Source: Verrucomicrobiota bacterium (lineage in GTDB: Bacteria; Verrucomicrobiota; Verrucomicrobiia; Limisphaerales; CANJXF01). Taken from it: DNA of 64,000 bases. Position 1 is the first letter of the stretch. Every line of letters starts with the position of its first letter. The position numbers and the translations under genes were made by a program. This document shows, piece by piece, positions 59,512 to 64,000 of this stretch. Below the pieces are notes generated by a model. That model searched no databases. It was not told where the DNA came from and saw only the letters and a list, made by a program, of their open reading frames with translations. Where the stretch lies: NCBI GenBank assembly GCA_038214755.1, contig JBBQRQ010000001.1, positions 64,001 to 128,000 on the forward strand. The letters run 5' to 3'.

Positions 59512-60882
59512 TTAACTGACTTTCAAATGCCAAGCCCTGGGCTGAAGAAAAGTTTGAATGCCAAGAGTGGAGAGCGTCGTGCCCATGCCAGAGTGACCGC
59601 GACCGGACCACGGAAGGCGCGGGCTGACGCGGTCGCAGCAATTCCAGTAAACCGAACCCACGTTCACTTGGGAAAGAATTCGGCTCGCGCGTTCCATAGA
59701 TTTGCAATAGACCCCGGAGGTCAAACCGTATGGTGTGTTATTCATCAATCGAACCGCTTCTTCATCATCGATGATTTTTTGAATTCCGATCAGCGGCCCA
59801 AAAGTTTCCTCCCGCATTAACTGCATCGAATGATCGACGTTTACGAAAACCGTCGGCTCAAAATAGTTTCCGGGTCGCGCAGCGCGTTTTCCGCCGCACA
59901 GAAGTTCAGCTCCTTTTTCCAGCGCATCGCTCACCTGTCGCTCTAAGAGTCCGAGATGTTCCCGGCGGGTCACCGGGCCTATGTAAGTTTTCTCTTCCAG
60001 CGGATCGCCGATGACAAAATTTTTGACGGTTGCGACGAATGCTTCGATGAACGGATCGTAAATTTTCTCATGCGCGTAAACGCGTTCCACCGAACAGCAG
60101 CTTTGGCCGCAATTGTAAAAAGCTCCGTCAGCGACACTCTGCGCCGCCGAGACCACGTCAACATCCTCCGCGACATAAATCGGATCTTTGCCGCCCAGTT
60201 CCAATTGCACTTTCATCAAACATTTTGCGGCGGCCTCGGCAATATTTTTTCCGGTCGCATACGAGCCGGTGAAAAAAATTCCAGCGAGCGGCTGGCGCAA
60301 AAGTTCCGCGCCGACTTTGCCGCCGCCAATGATGGGAATGAAAACGTCTTTCGGAATTCCCGCTTCATGCAAAAGCTCGGCGATGGCCAGCCCGGTCAAT
60401 GAAGCGTATTCCGAAGGTTTATAGAGGACAGCGTTGCCGGTCAAAAGCGCCGGGATAAAAACGTTCGAGCCGACGTAATACGGATAATTCCACGCCGAAA
60501 TATTCGCAATGATTCCGAGCGGCTCCCATGAAATTTTTTCTTCCAGCTTTTGAGTCGGATCGGAAAAAACAATTTCGTCGCGCAGCATTCGGGGAACGTT
60601 TTCCAGAAAAAAATCCAGACGACCCAAAAGTCCTTTCAGTTCACTGCGTGATTGTGTGATGGGTTTTCCCACTTCGCTGGTGGTGATTGCTGCGAGTCTT
60701 TCGGTCTGTTGAATGACGAGTTCACGAAACCTTCGAATCGCACTGAGCCGTTCTTCAATTGGAACCCGCGCCCAATTTTTTTGGGCTTCGTCTGCCCGTT
60801 GAAATTTCTCCGCGATGAGTTTTGGAGAATCTTCTTCGATCTCACGGATGATCTGCTCGGTTGCGGGGTTAATAATTTTCAT
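59512..60882 (-). CDS. Aldehyde dehydrogenase
   Basis: FTGS, LELGGKDP, GQSCC and EETFGP motifs. Confidence 0.95.
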   Translation of the reverse strand: MKIINPATEQIIREIEEDSPKLIAEKFQRADEAQKNWARVPIEERLSAIRRFRELVIQQTERLAAITTSEVGKPITQSRSELKGLLGRLDFFLENVPRMLRDEIVFSDPTQKLEEKISWEPLGIIANISAWNYPYYVGSNVFIPALLTGNAVLYKPSEYASLTGLAIAELLHEAGIPKDVFIPIIGGGKVGAELLRQPLAGIFFTGSYATGKNIAEAAAKCLMKVQLELGGKDPIYVAEDVDVVSAAQSVADGAFYNCGQSCCSVERVYAHEKIYDPFIEAFVATVKNFVIGDPLEEKTYIGPVTRREHLGLLERQVSDALEKGAELLCGGKRAARPGNYFEPTVFVNVDHSMQLMREETFGPLIGIQKIIDDEEAVRLMNNTPYGLTSGVYCKSMERASRILSQVNVGSVYWNCCDRVSPRLPWSGRGHSGMGTTLSTLGIQTFLQPRAWHLKVS

Positions 60883-60957
60883 CGTAATTTAGAACTTAGT
60901 CGCGCCCAGTAATTTCTTTTGGTTCTTCTTGCAGGCCGTGTATCGGAGACCACCACC

Positions 60958-61080
60958 TTTTACCGCAGAGGTCGCAAAGGTTTTCGCAGAGGGACGCAGA
61001 GTGACAGCCTCTCGGCCAGGCGTTTTTTCACGACTTTCCTTTGCGCCCTCTGCGTGAACCTTCGCGCCCTCTGCGTTTAA
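60958..61080. repeat. Palindromic repeat (ACCGCAGAGGTCGCAAAGG...CCTCTGCG)
   Basis: Inverted arms built from GCAGAG units. Confidence 0.75.
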
Positions 61081-61121
61081 ACTGGTTGCCAAAATAAATT
61101 TCCGGAAATGCGTCTTGCGAA

Positions 61122-61196
61122 CGGAGCGCCGATACTCCAGTTCGGCTCGTCGCAGTCCGGCGTTCGGAGTCGTGCCGATTAGGAAATCGGCGCTCC
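61122..61196. repeat. Family D doublet, degenerate
   Basis: GGAGCGCCGAT...ATCGGCGCTCC. Confidence 0.75.
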
Positions 61197-61233
61197 TATC
61201 CGGAGATTATCTCGGCAACCGATCTCATCCGTC

Positions 61234-62376
61234 TTAAAAAGCATCGTTAAAAATTCGCTGAAAATCTTCTCTCGTCACGGATCGCGGATTATTTTGATGA
61301 CAGGAATCTTCGCTGGCGACTTGCACCAGTCTCGCCAACTGCTCCTGCTTTACGCCGGTCTCGGATAACTTCGCCGGAATGCCAATCGCCGCATTGAGAT
61401 TGTGCAACCACTCGACAAATGCTTCTCCGGTTTGTTCTCGCAGTCCAATCGTCATCGCCATTCTCCGAAAAAGTTCCGGCGCTGCGGAAAAATTAAACGG
61501 CAGCGCGTAAGGCATCATCACTGCATTCGCCAAACCGTGATGCAAGTCAGCCACCGCGCTCAATGCGTGCGCGCAGGAATGCGTCAGGCCGAGTCCTTTT
61601 TGAAATGCGATCGCGCCCATCATCGACGCCATCATCATCGAACTGCGCGCTTCGATGTCGCGCGGAGTTCTGACGCATTTTTCCAAACTGGCCGCGCCGA
61701 GCCGAAGTCCTTCCAGCGCGATGCCGTCGCAAATCGGATGATAATTTTTAGCGAGGAAAGCTTCGATGCAGTGCGTGAGAGCGTCCATGCCGGTCGCGGC
61801 GGTAATTTTTTCGGGCAAATCGAGCGTCAGTTCCGGATCGGCAAAAACCGCTTGCGCCAAAAGCCGAGGAGAAAAAACTATTTTTTTTATGTGCGTTGTG
61901 TCGTCGGAAATAACCGCGCTGCGACCTACTTCGCTGCCCGTTCCAGAAGTCGTCGGCAACGCGATCAAAAATGGAATCGATTGATCAATCGGGCGGGCGT
62001 CGGGCTTGCCGTCTTCGTAGTCGAAAAGATCGCCGGGATGATTCGCCATGAGCGCAATCGCCTTCGCCACGTCAAGCGCCGCGCCGCCGCCGAGGCCGAT
62101 GATTGAATCGCCCTCGTGCTCTTTGAAAGCGGTCACGCCTGCAATGACCTGGGATTTAGTTGGATTTCCAAAAACTTCTGAAAAAGTTGAAAGCTCCAGA
62201 TTGCCGAGCGAAAAATTTCTTAAAAAATCCTGGAACATCGGCAACGGTGCGATCCCGCGATCTGTCACGATGAGCGGACGAGTCAATTTATTTTCCCCAA
62301 GGAAGTTTGGAAGTTGAGCACGAACTCCCGCGCCGAAGTGAATCAAAGTTGGAAAACTGAAAGTTGAAATAGCCAT
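61234..62376 (-). CDS. Iron-containing alcohol dehydrogenase
   Basis: GGGAALD, PTTSGTGSE, GMDALTH and HHGLAN motifs. Confidence 0.95.
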   Translation of the reverse strand: MAISTFSFPTLIHFGAGVRAQLPNFLGENKLTRPLIVTDRGIAPLPMFQDFLRNFSLGNLELSTFSEVFGNPTKSQVIAGVTAFKEHEGDSIIGLGGGAALDVAKAIALMANHPGDLFDYEDGKPDARPIDQSIPFLIALPTTSGTGSEVGRSAVISDDTTHIKKIVFSPRLLAQAVFADPELTLDLPEKITAATGMDALTHCIEAFLAKNYHPICDGIALEGLRLGAASLEKCVRTPRDIEARSSMMMASMMGAIAFQKGLGLTHSCAHALSAVADLHHGLANAVMMPYALPFNFSAAPELFRRMAMTIGLREQTGEAFVEWLHNLNAAIGIPAKLSETGVKQEQLARLVQVASEDSCHQNNPRSVTREDFQRIFNDAF

Positions 62377-62481
62377 TTTGTTCATCGCGTCAATTACGCG
62401 AATGCGGAGAAATGTTCGTCGTGACTTCGAAAATTGCAATTGCGAAAGGACATTCGCGTTATCTGGCCATGTCGGTCAGTT

Positions 62482-62633
62482 GTAGCGCAGGATTGCATCC
62501 TGCCGTATCGCAGGTTTTCAACCTGCGAGATGCCGCCAGAAACGAGAGACTTTCGAAACCTAAAGACTCTTGCTATTTGCGACGTTCAGCCGGTTTCAAA
62601 CCGGCGATACAGCAGGATGCAATCCTGCGCTAC
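62482..62633. repeat. Family A doublet, long subtype
   Basis: GTAGCGCAGGATTGCATCCTGC...GCAGGATGCAATCCTGCGCTAC. Confidence 0.9.
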
Positions 62634-62710
62634 GTGACCGCCACCTGAAATCACACCCGTCCGTCGCGGGAGAATTGACGTGTCGCAGGAAAAGCCGGTA
62701 GCTTGACCAC

Positions 62711-63253
62711 ATGGCAACCGTGACGATCGAACTCCCGTCACACGCCGCGCAAACGGACTTTAATTTGCGGCGCTGGGGCGAACTTTTGGCCGACCGCGAA
62801 CTGGCAAAAATCGAGGGCCGGATCGAAACCGATCGTCATGGTCATATCATTATGAGTCCACCTCCTGCTCCCAGTCATGGCTCTTTTCAATCGGAAATCG
62901 GATATCTTCTGAAAACATTTTTCCCAAAAGGTAGAGTAATCACCGAGTGCCCCATTTCGACGGCCGATGGAGTAAAAGCCGCTGATGTGGCCTGGGCATC
63001 CCCGCAGTGTATGCGCGACTTGGGCAATCGCGTTTGTTTTCCTCGGTCGCCGGAAATTTGCGTCGAGGTGCTTTCGCCGAGCAACACTCCGACTGAAATT
63101 AAAGAAAAAATGGCGCTTTATTTCGACGCAGGAGCGAAGGAAGTCTGGGTGTGCACAGGATTGGGGGCGATGCAGTTTTTTGATGCAACTCTGATGGACC
63201 TCGGTGCATCCAAACTCTGCCCGAAATTTCCAAAAAAAATCGCGCTAGATTAA
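62711..63253 (+). CDS. Uma2 family endonuclease-fold protein
   Basis: IIMSPPP...H, ADVAW, PEICVEVLSPSN and YFDAGAKEVW motifs. Confidence 0.9.
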   Translation: MATVTIELPSHAAQTDFNLRRWGELLADRELAKIEGRIETDRHGHIIMSPPPAPSHGSFQSEIGYLLKTFFPKGRVITECPISTADGVKAADVAWASPQCMRDLGNRVCFPRSPEICVEVLSPSNTPTEIKEKMALYFDAGAKEVWVCTGLGAMQFFDATLMDLGASKLCPKFPKKIALD

Positions 63254-63291
63254 TTGAATTTTTTTCTCGTTGAAATTTCGCGCGCATCCTC

Positions 63292-63368
63292 GTAGCCGCT
63301 GACGTGAGGAAGCGGATTTTAAAAGCGAAACGATCAAGCCGAATCCGCTTCCTCACGTCAGCGGCTAC
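63292..63368. repeat. Family B doublet
   Basis: GTAGCCGCTGACGTGAGGAAGCGGATT with compensatory changes in both arms. Confidence 0.9.
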
Positions 63369-63383
63369 TCAGTTGGAACAGTT

Positions 63384-64000
63384 TCAGATGATTTCGAAAT
63401 ACCGCTGGAGTTCCCAATTGGTGACTGAGTCCTGAAACTGTCGCCACTCCCACAAACGCGTTTGCACCAAATGTTCGACGAACGCGTCCCCAAAAATTTC
63501 GCGGGCGATTTTTGATTCGGAGAGACGCATCGTCGCTTCGTAAAGATTGCGCGGCAGGCGCTCGGCATTTTTGTCCAGATATGCGCTGCCCTGAATCGGC
63601 GCGGCGCTGAGCGAAAGATTTTTTTCCACGCCATAAAGGCCGCTCGCGATGGCCGCAGCCAGAACGAGATACGGATTCGCATCCGAGCCAGGCACGCGTG
63701 TTTCGAGCCGCGTCGATTTCGCGGTGCCTGAAATGGCGCGCAGAGCCGTGGTGCGATTATCCACGCCCCACGTGACTTTGGTCGGCGCCCAAAACCCATC
63801 GACCAGACGTTTATAACTGTTCACGGTCGGCGCGAAGAACGGCAGAATTTCCGGCAAACATCGCATCTGACCGGCGACGTAACTTTTAAAAGTCTTGCTC
63901 ATTTTCAACGGATCTTTTTCATCGTGAAAAATATTTTTTCCGCCGCGCCAAAGACTTTGATGAACGTGGCCGCTGCAACCGGGCAGGTGCGAATTCCACT
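63384..64000 (-). CDS. Glutamine synthetase family protein (gamma-glutamyl-amine ligase-like), 3' part
   Basis: GCSGHVHQSL, APTVNSYKRL, WGVDNRT, RLETRVPGSDANPY and WELQRYFE motifs. Confidence 0.9.
   Translation of the reverse strand, partial: WNSHLPGCSGHVHQSLWRGGKNIFHDEKDPLKMSKTFKSYVAGQMRCLPEILPFFAPTVNSYKRLVDGFWAPTKVTWGVDNRTTALRAISGTAKSTRLETRVPGSDANPYLVLAAAIASGLYGVEKNLSLSAAPIQGSAYLDKNAERLPRNLYEATMRLSESKIAREIFGDAFVEHLVQTRLWEWRQFQDSVTNWELQRYFEII

Noticed and set aside
1..64000. CRISPR array or cas genes suggested by the many short repeats
   Set aside because: The repeats are dispersed inverted doublets, not regularly spaced direct repeats with unique spacers, and no cas-like ORF is present.

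Overview
The window looks like chromosome from a Verrucomicrobiota/PVC bacterium, inferred from its DUF1501, DUF1549/1553, DUF1559-type pseudopilin, PVC heme-binding, ThuA and DUF1080 genes. The housekeeping backbone is lptB (partial), an LptA/OstA-like gene, kdsA, gmk, yicC, a DnaJ/CbpA gene, a sugar kinase, mpl, an ABC ATPase, hslR, dtd, folE, mscL, ppdK, an M16 peptidase pair, a U32 peptidase, DsrE/F/H-like genes and a glutamine synthetase-like/ADH/ALDH cluster. Two accessory layers sit on this backbone. First, about ten small toxin-antitoxin-like modules plus two Uma2 genes are wedged between conserved genes, and an ~11 kb defence-like island (27.2-38.1 kb) carries a PLD, a NotI-like endonuclease with a Dam-type methylase, MNT-HEPN and VapBC pairs, and duplicated gene remnants. 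Second, at least ten families of short GTAG/GGAG-tagged palindromic (REP/REPIN-like) and heptamer repeats are present. These repeats nest inside each other, one nest is bounded by a 15-bp direct repeat, one is split by an 81-bp MITE with a 9-bp target duplication, four supply the TAG stop codon of a gene, and several are translated in frame (five separate inserts in the U32 gene). I saw no transposase/RAYT, integrase, tRNA, rRNA or CRISPR array. All family assignments come from motif recognition by eye, not database searches.
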